From positions 627-64,626 of the forward strand of contig CALPWQ020000001.1 of the NCBI GenBank assembly GCA_943327315.2: 64,000 nucleotides of DNA, in the 5' to 3' direction. Below are positions 49,603-58,861 of this stretch, piece after piece (the stretch's first letter is position 1; each line of letters begins with the position of its first letter). The DNA is from Chitinophaga pinensis (GTDB lineage: Bacteria; Bacteroidota; Bacteroidia; Flavobacteriales_D; Crocinitomicaceae). The notes under the pieces are model-generated. The model did not search any database. It was not told where the DNA came from and was given only the letters and a program-made list of their open reading frames with translations. Made by a program: the position numbers and the translations under genes.

Positions 49603-52600
49603 TTATCTAAATGAAAAGGCAGCGCCAATTTGTCCTTTGACCGCTTGGATTTCTGTTTCAATCCATTTCGGGAAATCAAGAAGAATTTGGTCATTTATTG
49701 TCACCCATTTTGAGGCACTGATGGCATAATCAGGAGCATCACCGAACAACACATCAACACGCATGCTGATCCACTGATGCCAAGCCGTCGGTTGAAAGCG
49801 AATATAACGCGCTAATACAGCGTTTGTGAAATTATTTTCCGAGAGGCTATCACGGTCCGTATTTGCAGGAATATCAACACCAATGGTGTCCCATGATTTT
49901 CCATCACTTGAAACAAAAAGATTGTACGATTTTACCCATTGATCCTGATTAAATCTTCCTTGGGTGCATACTCCCCAAACGGTTTTGACTTCTCCCAAAT
50001 CAATTTGAATCCACTGATTCTCATCTGACTTTTTGCTTGACCAATTGGCAAACTTCGGTTCACTGTTGATCCGCGCTAATTTTGCTGCGTGATTTTTATT
50101 GAAATCCGACGATGCACCAAAGGCCTCATCACTCAATACTTCTCTGCCCCACTGCGCATCAGAAAGCTCCGGTTTGTTCCCATTTTCTCGCAGAATCCAC
50201 CCCTCATTTTCTCGCATGAAGGTGTGAAAATCATTGGCCAATTGAGGTCCCTTTTTCACGCTTTTCAGTGTCATCGTCAGTCCAATCACTAAGTTAGATG
50301 GATCGTTTGCATTCAGCCCCCAACCTATCCAATGGTACCCTTGTTTCTTATTCGACGCAGCCACATAATCTAAATAGTATAGTCCTTTGGCGATATCCCG
50401 TTCCACTTTTATTGAATTCCCAAAACTCTGTTGTAACTCTCCATTCAACAAGGCATCCATGAGATGGTCGACACGCGACTGAAGCTCTGTGAGCGAGTGA
50501 ATTACTGGCGTTAGGCCAAGATAATCCAAGTAGTTCTTGGACGCACACAACGCGAATTCATCCACAAACGAAAGCGCAATTTGAGGCAATTGTTCGTGTA
50601 TTTCTTCTGTACTAACTTTTTTTCGATAGACGATGTGACCTGGTCTGTAATTGCGTTCAAAATCCGCATTCAAAAAATGAAAATCTTGCAGGACATCATC
50701 AATAGAAGTATGGTAGTCATTGATTCGTCCGCCACTACTTAAGGTCATGTGAAAATATACATCATTGGTGATGTAATCCGCAACAAAATCAAAAGAAAGC
50801 CGAACAATGTATCCATCCAAAGTAGAAACAACCCGGTAGCACATTTTACCACCTTGCGGGGTGCCAGCGATATCTTTGGTTACCTTACCTGAAGGTTTAA
50901 AATAGCGTTCTACCCCTGCTTCAATTTGATTAAGACATAAACGAATTTCCTCTTTGTTTTTTGCAAGAGGATCTATGATATCAATTAAGCTATTTTCATA
51001 ATCCTGAATAATTTCAGGAATGAGCACATTGAATAAATTGAACGTAATATCGAACGATTCAACGATTAATTCTGGATTATGAATGGTTTGTTGCGCGTCA
51101 AAAACAAACTGTATTTGCTCAAACCCATAATCGAAGTGAAAGGTCCAAGGGTATTTTTCCATCACCTCACTGATCGTACCGTAACTGTCATTTCCATTGC
51201 TATTCCAAAGCACTAGATTTTTGTACTTTTTGAACTCTTTTTCATATTTCAGCAAGAACTGAAACAGATTTCTTCGTGTGATTGCGAGCAATAAACCGAA
51301 GTGTTCAATCGATTTTTGGTCCTTCCAGTCGGGCAAGAAACCAACAGCCATCGATCCTGAACCGTACGCGGAAAGATGCAATGAAAGCGCTGCTTTAGTA
51401 ACTGCATTTTTCGGAAAAATACTGCACCAGGCATAGCTTGCCATGTTTCCAATTTGCCATTGATTTTGTTTCGTTCCCCATTCTAGACCACCATCTGTTT
51501 GCAGTAGTTTCAAGCGCAACTTTACAAATTGTTCCAAACTGGTGAAGGCGAATTTGTGCCAATATTCTTTCGACATCGCATTCGATGAATCGCCAACAAT
51601 TTTGTAATTGCTTGTTCCTCCTCCACTGTTCAAGCGATCCATGCTCATGATCCACGACCGGGCTATCGTTAGCGAATGAAAAGCAGACAGTTCTTCCTTT
51701 GAAAAAGAGACCGTCTCAGATTTTCTTGCGTCAATTGGATCAACGCCTAAGGCATAGGCCCTTGAATCGAACAGCTTGTCAAATGCATTGGGATGAACCC
51801 CGTATTGTTCGCCCATTAATTTCAAGACCAATTCGTTAAACGTCTTGTTTCGTATGGCTGCATCAATGGCATCCATGAATCGAGCATCAATTTCAGGGAA
51901 GGGGTTATCGATGTCCAATTCGGCTGCAGTTTGTAGAATGATCTCCTTTACTTGCTCTGAATTTAAACCCAGCTTCGTTCTAGATACGGATTCCAAAAAA
52001 CGAAATTCCTCCATGCTGATTTGCTTATCCTCCAAAGCAACGACAATGTGTTCCTTAAACTCAGAAAGCGAGCTCATTTTTCGGAGTTCTTCTTGTTCCT
52101 CTTTGATCCGCTCAACCGCCTTTGGATCGGGTTGAAGTAAGACTTTCCAATCGGCAGGCAATAAATGCTCGTTGGAATTCAATAAAACACGCACACCTTC
52201 GGGCAGTTCGAGATTTACATTGATCCGCTTTGAGTGGTCACCATCTTCAATATTGAGCACAATGACATTCTGATCGTTCTCAGAAACGATGTACTGATCG
52301 TAATCCCAGAGTGGATTTAGTTGATCGAGAACGCCCTGTATAGCCAACTCTAATGGCTCCAAAATGAAACGGTAACAATCGTCAGTGAATGGCCAATTGA
52401 TGGTTTTTCCTTTGACTTCGTAAATGGGATGAGCAATTTTATTTCGAAGTTCCACGAACTTGCTAAAAAACTGATTTAAATTACACTTCTTTAAGCTTGC
52501 TCCCTTCCTTGCCTGAATACATCTGTCATAAAGATTGTCTTTGTCATCAGACTCAACAACCTTCTTCAGGATATCCATGCAGGCGATGAAGTTGGCCAAG

Positions 52601-52914
52601 ACCTCATTTTGTTGCTCTTTGCGAATTAAATCATCCAGCAAAGAAGGCTTTTGACTATCAGCCAAGTGTTGACTTGTGTTTCTCACCCACCCGACATACG
52701 TTCCTACAGACAGTGACTTTTTCGTGTTGATGATCTCTTTTTCAAGCGACATAAGATGCGTACCTGTCTCTTTATATTCCGCCAAGACGAAGGAGCACAC
52801 ATGCATGATTAAACTCTCACCTAAATGCAAAAGGTAACGCTGACGTGCTTCGTAAAACTTTGCTTTGGCAATGTCATCCAAGGATTTAATGAACGATTGA
52901 GGGAGTCTAGACAT
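49603..52914 (-). CDS. orphan 1,103-aa protein: HEPN-like N-terminal domain (RNKIAH), unknown central regions, C-terminal F5/8 type C (discoidin) domain
   Basis: Uninterrupted 3.3-kb ORF. First ATG at 52914 (track start 52962 is GTG), with a TACCTTTC -7-like box ~17 nt upstream. FVELRNKIAHP fits the Rx4-6H HEPN motif. NQWIQIDLGE...ARYIRFQPTAWHQWISMRVDVLFG is a discoidin domain. No signal peptide, TM segment or Walker A seen. Confidence 0.85.
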   Translation of the reverse strand: MSRLPQSFIKSLDDIAKAKFYEARQRYLLHLGESLIMHVCSFVLAEYKETGTHLMSLEKEIINTKKSLSVGTYVGWVRNTSQHLADSQKPSLLDDLIRKEQQNEVLANFIACMDILKKVVESDDKDNLYDRCIQARKGASLKKCNLNQFFSKFVELRNKIAHPIYEVKGKTINWPFTDDCYRFILEPLELAIQGVLDQLNPLWDYDQYIVSENDQNVIVLNIEDGDHSKRINVNLELPEGVRVLLNSNEHLLPADWKVLLQPDPKAVERIKEEQEELRKMSSLSEFKEHIVVALEDKQISMEEFRFLESVSRTKLGLNSEQVKEIILQTAAELDIDNPFPEIDARFMDAIDAAIRNKTFNELVLKLMGEQYGVHPNAFDKLFDSRAYALGVDPIDARKSETVSFSKEELSAFHSLTIARSWIMSMDRLNSGGGTSNYKIVGDSSNAMSKEYWHKFAFTSLEQFVKLRLKLLQTDGGLEWGTKQNQWQIGNMASYAWCSIFPKNAVTKAALSLHLSAYGSGSMAVGFLPDWKDQKSIEHFGLLLAITRRNLFQFLLKYEKEFKKYKNLVLWNSNGNDSYGTISEVMEKYPWTFHFDYGFEQIQFVFDAQQTIHNPELIVESFDITFNLFNVLIPEIIQDYENSLIDIIDPLAKNKEEIRLCLNQIEAGVERYFKPSGKVTKDIAGTPQGGKMCYRVVSTLDGYIVRLSFDFVADYITNDVYFHMTLSSGGRINDYHTSIDDVLQDFHFLNADFERNYRPGHIVYRKKVSTEEIHEQLPQIALSFVDEFALCASKNYLDYLGLTPVIHSLTELQSRVDHLMDALLNGELQQSFGNSIKVERDIAKGLYYLDYVAASNKKQGYHWIGWGLNANDPSNLVIGLTMTLKSVKKGPQLANDFHTFMRENEGWILRENGNKPELSDAQWGREVLSDEAFGASSDFNKNHAAKLARINSEPKFANWSSKKSDENQWIQIDLGEVKTVWGVCTQGRFNQDQWVKSYNLFVSSDGKSWDTIGVDIPANTDRDSLSENNFTNAVLARYIRFQPTAWHQWISMRVDVLFGDAPDYAISASKWVTINDQILLDFPKWIETEIQAVKGQIGAAFSFR

Positions 52915-52992
52915 GTACTGTAAATTGAAAGGTATTTTGAAAATTTCCTTAAAAATAAGCACATTGCATCAATCTATCCAATAAAAAGAAAA

Positions 52993-53311
52993 ATGCAAAT
53001 ACTTGCAATAAGACGCAACAACTATTTGTTGGACAATAGCAGCCTGCTCTCTGCTCATTGGAGTCACTTTTTACCTGAATTACGCCAATTTTTATTGGAT
53101 AGACAGTTGCTACATTGCGTCAATGAATCTAAGCGGAATGGTCCATTGAAGTATCCCAACAACGACTGGAGCCAAAGTTTTTTCGTCGCTATACGCCTTA
53201 TTTAGTGGAATCGTTTTTCTAAGCACCGCTGCGATTTTCATTTCGCCAATTGCCCACAGGCTTTTGCATCTGTTGCATGTGGATGATGAAGAACTTATTG
53301 AAGAAAACTAA
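52993..53311 (+). pseudogene. decayed paralogue of the 49223..49588 channel-like gene
   Basis: Relative to the intact copy it has an 8-nt deficit (frameshift) near 53045..53056 and an in-frame TGA at 53147..53149 (GGA in the intact copy). The C-terminal 47 codons still read GAKVFSSLYALFSGIVFLSTAAIFISPIAHRLLHLLHVDDEELIEEN. Confidence 0.8.
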
Positions 53312-53339
53312 AGACTTAGATAAAAGTAATCCATAATCA

Positions 53340-53347
53340 TACCTTTG
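53340..53347 (+). promoter_or_regulatory. -7 promoter box TACCTTTG
   Basis: Exact TAnnTTTG, 17 nt upstream of the ATG at 53364. Confidence 0.4.
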
Positions 53348-53363
53348 TATAAAATTCTTTATT

Positions 53364-54809
53364 ATGCTGAAGTCATTCACATGCCTAGTCATATTCTATA
53401 TTTCTCTTTCTCAAATTTCTGCAGTTGGACAAAGTTCCAAATGGTCCACTCAAATTGAGAACGCCAATATTTTTTCCTCTCCTAGATTTGCTGATCTCAA
53501 CAAAGATGATGTACTCGATGTGATCATAGGTGCTGGGATGGAAGGATTAGAAAGCACAAATGGAATCGTTGCCTTCAATGGCGCAAACGGTGAAATTCTT
53601 TGGAATGTCAAGACGCACACACAGATTTACACCAGTGCACTATTCCAGGACATCACGAATGATGGTATCCCTGATGTTTTCATTGCAGGGAGAGACGCTG
53701 CCTTCTATGGCATCAATGGGTTAAACGGAGAAATTATTTGGGAGTTTTGGCCCAATAAAACCGAACCCGCTCGAAAGCAAGGGTGGTTAAATTTCTTTAC
53801 AACGCAATTCGTTGATGATCAAAATAATGATGGAATCAAAGACCTTCTAACAACAAATGGTGGTGACTATTTGGCAACTGCAAAAAAAAGAGATCGACCA
53901 ACTGCAAAACTAATGCTCTTGTGTGCTAAGACTGGCAAAATAATATCTTCATGTCAATTTCCTGAGAAAAAAGAATCGTATTATGCTCCGCACACCTATA
54001 CGACGAGTGAAGGTGAAACTATGATTGTATTTGGTACGGGTGGAGAAACCATAGATGGAGCACTTTGGCAGGTGCCTCTTAAAAAATTAGCCCAAGGAAA
54101 TATTTCCAAGTCTGAACTCATCGCACGAGATAAAATGAAAGGCTATATTTTGAATTCATTGCTGGCAGATTTGAATCGGGATGGAACAGCTGATCTGGTT
54201 ACTGTAGGGATGAGCTCAGCCATTGTTGCGCTAGATGGTGCTAATTTTAAGCCAATGTGGGAACATTCATTCGCAGGATACGAATGTTATGTAACCCCAT
54301 CCTTAGGACAAATGACCAGAGATTCAATTCCGGATGTTTTTACGATTCTTGCAAAGGGAACCTTCCCGAGTTATTCCAGTTTCAAATTGATCGTTATTGA
54401 CGGCAAAACTGGGGACATTGTCTGGCAAGAAGATTCTGGTTTCAACCAATTCTCTCCAGCGGTGCTCGCTGATTGGAACGAAGATGGAATTGACGAAATC
54501 ATCTATGTCCAAAATTCATTAGTTGATCCACAAAAGTTTTTCGTAGTCAATCAAGTTCGAGTGGTAGATCTAGAGAATGACCAAAACTGGTTCGTCGGAC
54601 CAATTAGAAATGGTGTCTCTATGGCCGCCTCTCCGGGTTTACTCGATCTAGATGGAGACGGCCAGTTCGAATTGCTTGTAGCCACATCTTCTATTGTTCC
54701 CCAAGGCACAAACCCTTTCAGTATAATTGAACGGATTGATTTACAGAAATCATTCAAATCAGTTCACTGGGATGGATATTTAGGGCCGAAAGGAAACGGA
54801 GAATATTAA
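53364..54809 (+). CDS. secreted FG-GAP / PQQ-like beta-propeller repeat protein
   Basis: Signal peptide. Repeated DLNKDDVLDVIIG, DITNDGIPDVFIAG, DDQNNDGIKDLLT, DLNRDGTADLV, DWNEDGIDEII, DLDGDGQFELLV motifs. Confidence 0.75.
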   Translation: MLKSFTCLVIFYISLSQISAVGQSSKWSTQIENANIFSSPRFADLNKDDVLDVIIGAGMEGLESTNGIVAFNGANGEILWNVKTHTQIYTSALFQDITNDGIPDVFIAGRDAAFYGINGLNGEIIWEFWPNKTEPARKQGWLNFFTTQFVDDQNNDGIKDLLTTNGGDYLATAKKRDRPTAKLMLLCAKTGKIISSCQFPEKKESYYAPHTYTTSEGETMIVFGTGGETIDGALWQVPLKKLAQGNISKSELIARDKMKGYILNSLLADLNRDGTADLVTVGMSSAIVALDGANFKPMWEHSFAGYECYVTPSLGQMTRDSIPDVFTILAKGTFPSYSSFKLIVIDGKTGDIVWQEDSGFNQFSPAVLADWNEDGIDEIIYVQNSLVDPQKFFVVNQVRVVDLENDQNWFVGPIRNGVSMAASPGLLDLDGDGQFELLVATSSIVPQGTNPFSIIERIDLQKSFKSVHWDGYLGPKGNGEY

Positions 54810-54827
54810 ACCCACATTTCGCCGCAA

Positions 54828-56456
54828 CTAATTCATTTTAATCGGGACTGGATTCTTCCCTTTTATCATTCGATATACCTGACCTGATTTCAAGTTGCTA
54901 AACTTAGAACTTGTGCCATCTGTCCAAAAAATCTCAAGCTCTTCGAGGTAATTTTCTTGGTCCAAACCATAATATAAAACAGCTGTCGATTGAGATGCTT
55001 GTCCACTGCCAGCATCCACCTCTTTCATCAAATTCCTGCTATGTTGCTTAAAAACAACTTGGCAACCGAAGCAATCTTGATTGACACCGTCATCTCCTTC
55101 CAGAATAATTCCTATCCAATGTAAAGCCTTCGTATCATTTCGAAACAACTTTATTTTTTGTTCAATTTTAGCGAATGCCGCCCAAGGCAATTTGACAACA
55201 GAAGAGACAATGTCCAAATCGCCATCATGATCAAAATCAAATACCGCTGCCCCTCTGTGGGAAAGGATATCATTCAAGCCGACTTCAGCGGAGATTTCAG
55301 TGAAATGACCCTGATCGTTTAAAAAGAACTTATTGGGATCGCGAATTACCGTTTTAGGAACCAAGGTGGCGACATTCCCCTTTGTTACATATAAATCGAG
55401 ATCTCCATCAAATTCAAGGTCAAAGAAGATTCCACTCCAGCTGGTTCCGCGAATTGAATCTTTCTCATAAGTGAGATCGACTTTTAAAGCTCGGGCCTGA
55501 TCCACCAATTTGCCTTTGTCATTTTGATAAAGATAATTTCGCCCGATGTTTGTCACATAAAAATCTAAATCTGCATCCTCATCGTAGTCACCTTGACCAA
55601 TTCCCATTCCATACATGAAATTTTCAAAACCATTTTCACGTGTTGCATCGCTAAAAATAGGTTCAGGGAATTCATTTCTGAAGTACTTATTTCCCTCACC
55701 AGTCCATTCACCGAAATCATTCAACAGCAATAAATCTTGGTCACCATCGTGATCCACATCAGTAAAACTCGCAGAAAGGCCACATCCACCATCGGAAATT
55801 CCATACTCATTCGCGCATTCAACAAATGATTTCCCGTCCTTATTCAATAACAACTTATTCTCTAAACATTTCGCATCATAGCCAATCACGACTCCATTGG
55901 AATCCGTTATACCTCCCATAGAGGCGACATAATTGGTGATATAGACATCAGAAAATCCATCTTTATTGATATCTCCCCAGCATGCTGATGAAAAATTACC
56001 CGGAGCAATAACCTTCTCTAAGCTGATCAATTCAAACGATTCGCCTTTGATATTTTTCATGATTGCCGGTGCATGCTTATCACCACGCCCCATTCCTACG
56101 CCATAATTCGCGACAATGAAATCTCTATATCCATCGTTATTGTAATCTGCGGCAACGGCACCCTGAATAAAATATCCCGATAGAGCATTCAATCCAAAAT
56201 CAGCCGTGCCATCTATAAAGAATCCACCTTTATTGATCCAAAGTTTGGAATCAAACACACCTCCCGCTTGGAAAAGATCCTCCCAGCCGTCATTGTTGAC
56301 ATCAATGACCATCACACCGCCACCGGCCATCTGAAAATCATTACCGGGATAAAGATAATTCATGCCTTTTTCCGAAGAGACCTCCGTAAAATGGACTTGG
56401 CCATGTGCTTGAAACAGCGCATTGATGCAGAAAAAAACAAGAGAAAATCGAATCAT
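54828..56456 (-). CDS. CRTAC1-family protein (FG-GAP/VCBS repeats plus ASPIC/UnbV C-terminal domain)
   Basis: Repeats VNNDGWEDLF, YNNDGYRDFIV, INKDGFSDVYI, VDHDGDQDLLL, FDHDGDLDIV. C-terminal UnbV-like GSGQASQSTAVLYYGL. ATGA overlap with the upstream gene. Confidence 0.8.
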   Translation of the reverse strand: MIRFSLVFFCINALFQAHGQVHFTEVSSEKGMNYLYPGNDFQMAGGGVMVIDVNNDGWEDLFQAGGVFDSKLWINKGGFFIDGTADFGLNALSGYFIQGAVAADYNNDGYRDFIVANYGVGMGRGDKHAPAIMKNIKGESFELISLEKVIAPGNFSSACWGDINKDGFSDVYITNYVASMGGITDSNGVVIGYDAKCLENKLLLNKDGKSFVECANEYGISDGGCGLSASFTDVDHDGDQDLLLLNDFGEWTGEGNKYFRNEFPEPIFSDATRENGFENFMYGMGIGQGDYDEDADLDFYVTNIGRNYLYQNDKGKLVDQARALKVDLTYEKDSIRGTSWSGIFFDLEFDGDLDLYVTKGNVATLVPKTVIRDPNKFFLNDQGHFTEISAEVGLNDILSHRGAAVFDFDHDGDLDIVSSVVKLPWAAFAKIEQKIKLFRNDTKALHWIGIILEGDDGVNQDCFGCQVVFKQHSRNLMKEVDAGSGQASQSTAVLYYGLDQENYLEELEIFWTDGTSSKFSNLKSGQVYRMIKGKNPVPIKMN

Positions 56457-57787
56457 TGCTTCGTGCAGTTAATTGACTTCAACACATAGGACCCAATGAT
56501 TCGTCCAAAATACAAACTCGTATCTAAGGTTGTTTTAAAATGAATGCCGCCATAAAATCGAGACATTGAAATCTCCTCAGACAATTGAGTAAATGACGCA
56601 TAGGTTCGAGCAGTGCCATCGATGTCAGACCTCCAGATGTTTGTGTTGTCACTAAATTCTAATGTATCTGAAAAATACTCTTTTAAGACCTGAGTTCCTG
56701 CACCAGATTGAAATGAATGTCCCGATGGGAACTCTGGAAATGAAGGCGTAGCAATAAACGTATTAAATTGTGGGTCTATAAATCTCTGAATATAGGAAAT
56801 TGGCCTCAATAAATTAAATGTGTATTTCAACTTCCAACAATGAATAAAGGCCTCATTGATGGCCACCCCCATTTTTACATACAGTTCCATCGCCTTGGCT
56901 GGCGCCAATTTTCTTTGTTCGACCAACTGAAGCGCCAACTGCATTAAATGTCCCGTTGGCGTTCCCGAATAACCTGGCGAATCATCCCAATATTCTGCAA
57001 TCAGCTCATGCGCAGGATTTGGTTCTTTAGCTGTTTTATAGAGTAAAAGTGCATCCTTAAACATTGGAGAATTTTCTTCCTTTGAAAACGGCATAGGTTT
57101 GCAGCCAATGAGCAGACTGTCACCTCCAAAAATCAAGTGTTTATTCAAACCCCAAAATGGCTGAACAGCTGAGAAATATCCAGGAGTTGTTTTTGTCCAG
57201 CAGGAATAACAAACAGGAGGTTTATAGTCTTCCGGATAATTTTTATTGAATCCTTCATCTGACCCATCATTTTTAGACCAATCGATGATCATTTGAGCGA
57301 TATCATTTCCGTACTCCAAGGAAAGTCTGCGCTTTTCACGGGAAATATTGCGCGAATAAGATCGCTCAATAGAATCCGAAAGTGCTGCGACTCTTAAGGC
57401 ATTCGAGGGCGGCATATTTCGGTATAAGTATTCCAAAATTCTCTTGTCTACAGTATTTGCCACCAAACACCAATCAATGAGCGCGGGATCAGAAGACCAC
57501 TTATTCCTTTGATAGCCATCTAATTGACCAGATAGTGATTGCTGCTCTGCATACAATTCAACGGTACTTTCAAAAATACCTATGGTAAAATATGCATAAG
57601 CTCGCGCGCTTACAGGTGCAGAAAATCCCACCGTATTTTTCGTGAGAACAAATGACTCCTTAATCCATCTATTATGAATCATGAGGCACTTATCCTGTTC
57701 CGCGATTTTCAATCCGAATACCTGTGTAAAATTGCTTAGAAACAAAAGGAAACTGAAGGTCCTGAACATGGTAGAAATTGACATCAT
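56453..57787 (-). CDS. vanadium-dependent haloperoxidase-like / PAP2-superfamily protein, secreted
   Basis: PAP2 signature in three parts: KYTFNLLRP, PSGHS, SRFYGGIHF. Signal peptide. Confidence 0.75.
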   Translation of the reverse strand: MMSISTMFRTFSFLLFLSNFTQVFGLKIAEQDKCLMIHNRWIKESFVLTKNTVGFSAPVSARAYAYFTIGIFESTVELYAEQQSLSGQLDGYQRNKWSSDPALIDWCLVANTVDKRILEYLYRNMPPSNALRVAALSDSIERSYSRNISREKRRLSLEYGNDIAQMIIDWSKNDGSDEGFNKNYPEDYKPPVCYSCWTKTTPGYFSAVQPFWGLNKHLIFGGDSLLIGCKPMPFSKEENSPMFKDALLLYKTAKEPNPAHELIAEYWDDSPGYSGTPTGHLMQLALQLVEQRKLAPAKAMELYVKMGVAINEAFIHCWKLKYTFNLLRPISYIQRFIDPQFNTFIATPSFPEFPSGHSFQSGAGTQVLKEYFSDTLEFSDNTNIWRSDIDGTARTYASFTQLSEEISMSRFYGGIHFKTTLDTSLYFGRIIGSYVLKSINCTKQ

Positions 57788-57948
57788 GTAAAAATAATGA
57801 AATTAACCATTCTGTTCAACCATTTTTCCCCACAGCATGCGAGCAATTCCCAATCTTTCGATGTGGATTATTTATTCACTCAAGGCATTCATACGTGTTA
57901 TTTCTATCCTCATCAATCGTTTCTAGGAGCATTCCAAAAGCAATTGTT

Positions 57949-58305
57949 ATGGCACGAAGCAAAAAAGAGATCGCACAAGAGATGCGCGAAAAGAATTGGG
58001 ATTCAATCGGAGAATATGAAAGCTGCCGCAAAAATCTGCGCATTTCCAAGTTCAAGAAATATACGATGGCACCCGCATGGTTGGTTGTACTTGTTTTAGC
58101 CGCCTATTTCAAGTGTCCTGCTTGGGCAATGGTATTGGCAAGTATCCCTGTCTTTCTAAAAATCAGAAAGATCGACAAAGAGTTGGATCATCGCATCCGG
58201 TGTTCGACACTCGCCATGTTCTGCCTTGAAATTGAATTTGGTGCATCAAAAGCGAGCGATGAACCAGAGATGACCGAAGAACTGATTGAATTGTTTCGGG
58301 AATAA
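57949..58305 (+). CDS. hypothetical 118-aa protein with central TM pair
   Basis: First ATG of the frame. The longer track ORF overlaps the divergent gene start. Confidence 0.45.
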   Translation: MARSKKEIAQEMREKNWDSIGEYESCRKNLRISKFKKYTMAPAWLVVLVLAAYFKCPAWAMVLASIPVFLKIRKIDKELDHRIRCSTLAMFCLEIEFGASKASDEPEMTEELIELFRE

Positions 58306-58475
58306 ACGCCCTCGTATTGGCTGAGGCTCTCGTGTTGGCTGAGGCCCTCGAAGCCAACTCGTAAGACAATTACATCAAAGATGCCATATACACTAGATCG
58401 TCTGAAATTTTATGGAGAGGACGCCAATGTTGTTTAAGATCTTTACACAATAACAAACAGCTGGTATCTTTCTAT

Positions 58476-58796
58476 TTATTTAAATACAGGATAACCACAT
58501 ACATAGAGTCCCACAAAAAAGATGAGAATTTGTGGCATTAACACGCGAAACAAAAACTTAGTTGTCATTTTATCAGCCATTTGCATTTGTGCTAAATACA
58601 CCCAACCAAATAAAAAGCACCAAATAAATGCTGCATGATTATTCCCCATTGGATCTGAAATACAGGTTTCTTGATGTGACACTAATGGAGAATAAATTGT
58701 AAACACATAAGCTGCGAAAATTCCACCAGACATATTTCCTGCGATATAATGCACATTGATCATCGCGCGAATGACATTCATGATTTTATCTTTCAT
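58476..58796 (-). CDS. hypothetical small membrane protein (106 aa, ~3 TM)
   Basis: ATG ORF with hydrophobic segments. Confidence 0.5.
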   Translation of the reverse strand: MKDKIMNVIRAMINVHYIAGNMSGGIFAAYVFTIYSPLVSHQETCISDPMGNNHAAFIWCFLFGWVYLAQMQMADKMTTKFLFRVLMPQILIFFVGLYVCGYPVFK

Positions 58797-58861
58797 TTTG
58801 ATAAGAGTTTTACGTTCAAATAGATATAAAAATGTAAGCTTTTACTTCAAAAAAAATCAAC

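Larger units (their letters stand above)
49589..53311. other. ~3.7-kb inserted or rearranged segment bounded by paralogous copies of the channel-like gene
   Basis: 49436..49588 and 53161..53311 align at roughly 85% identity, with a 33-nt identical run. Weaker homology extends to the 5' end of the right-hand copy. Confidence 0.6.

Noticed and set aside
49589-53171. Classical integrative island or transposon interpretation of the insertion
   Set aside because: I could find no integrase, transposase, terminal inverted repeats or adjacent tRNA. The duplication is a diverged whole-gene paralogue rather than a short exact att site, so it is reported only as an insertion or rearrangement of unknown mechanism.
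52993-53205. 70-aa ORF listed in the track as a possible gene
   Set aside because: Its N-terminal part aligns with the channel-like protein, then leaves that frame. It is the frameshifted 5' portion of the pseudogene, not an independent gene.
58311-58365. 18-bp tandem repeat CTCGT(A/G)TTGGCTGAGGC(T/C) x2 plus the imperfect palindrome GTTGGCT..AGCCAAC after the 57949..58305 ORF
   Set aside because: It is short, has no T-tract (so is not a convincing intrinsic terminator), and has no second copy in the window. It also explains the spurious 68-aa antisense ORF 58163..58369.
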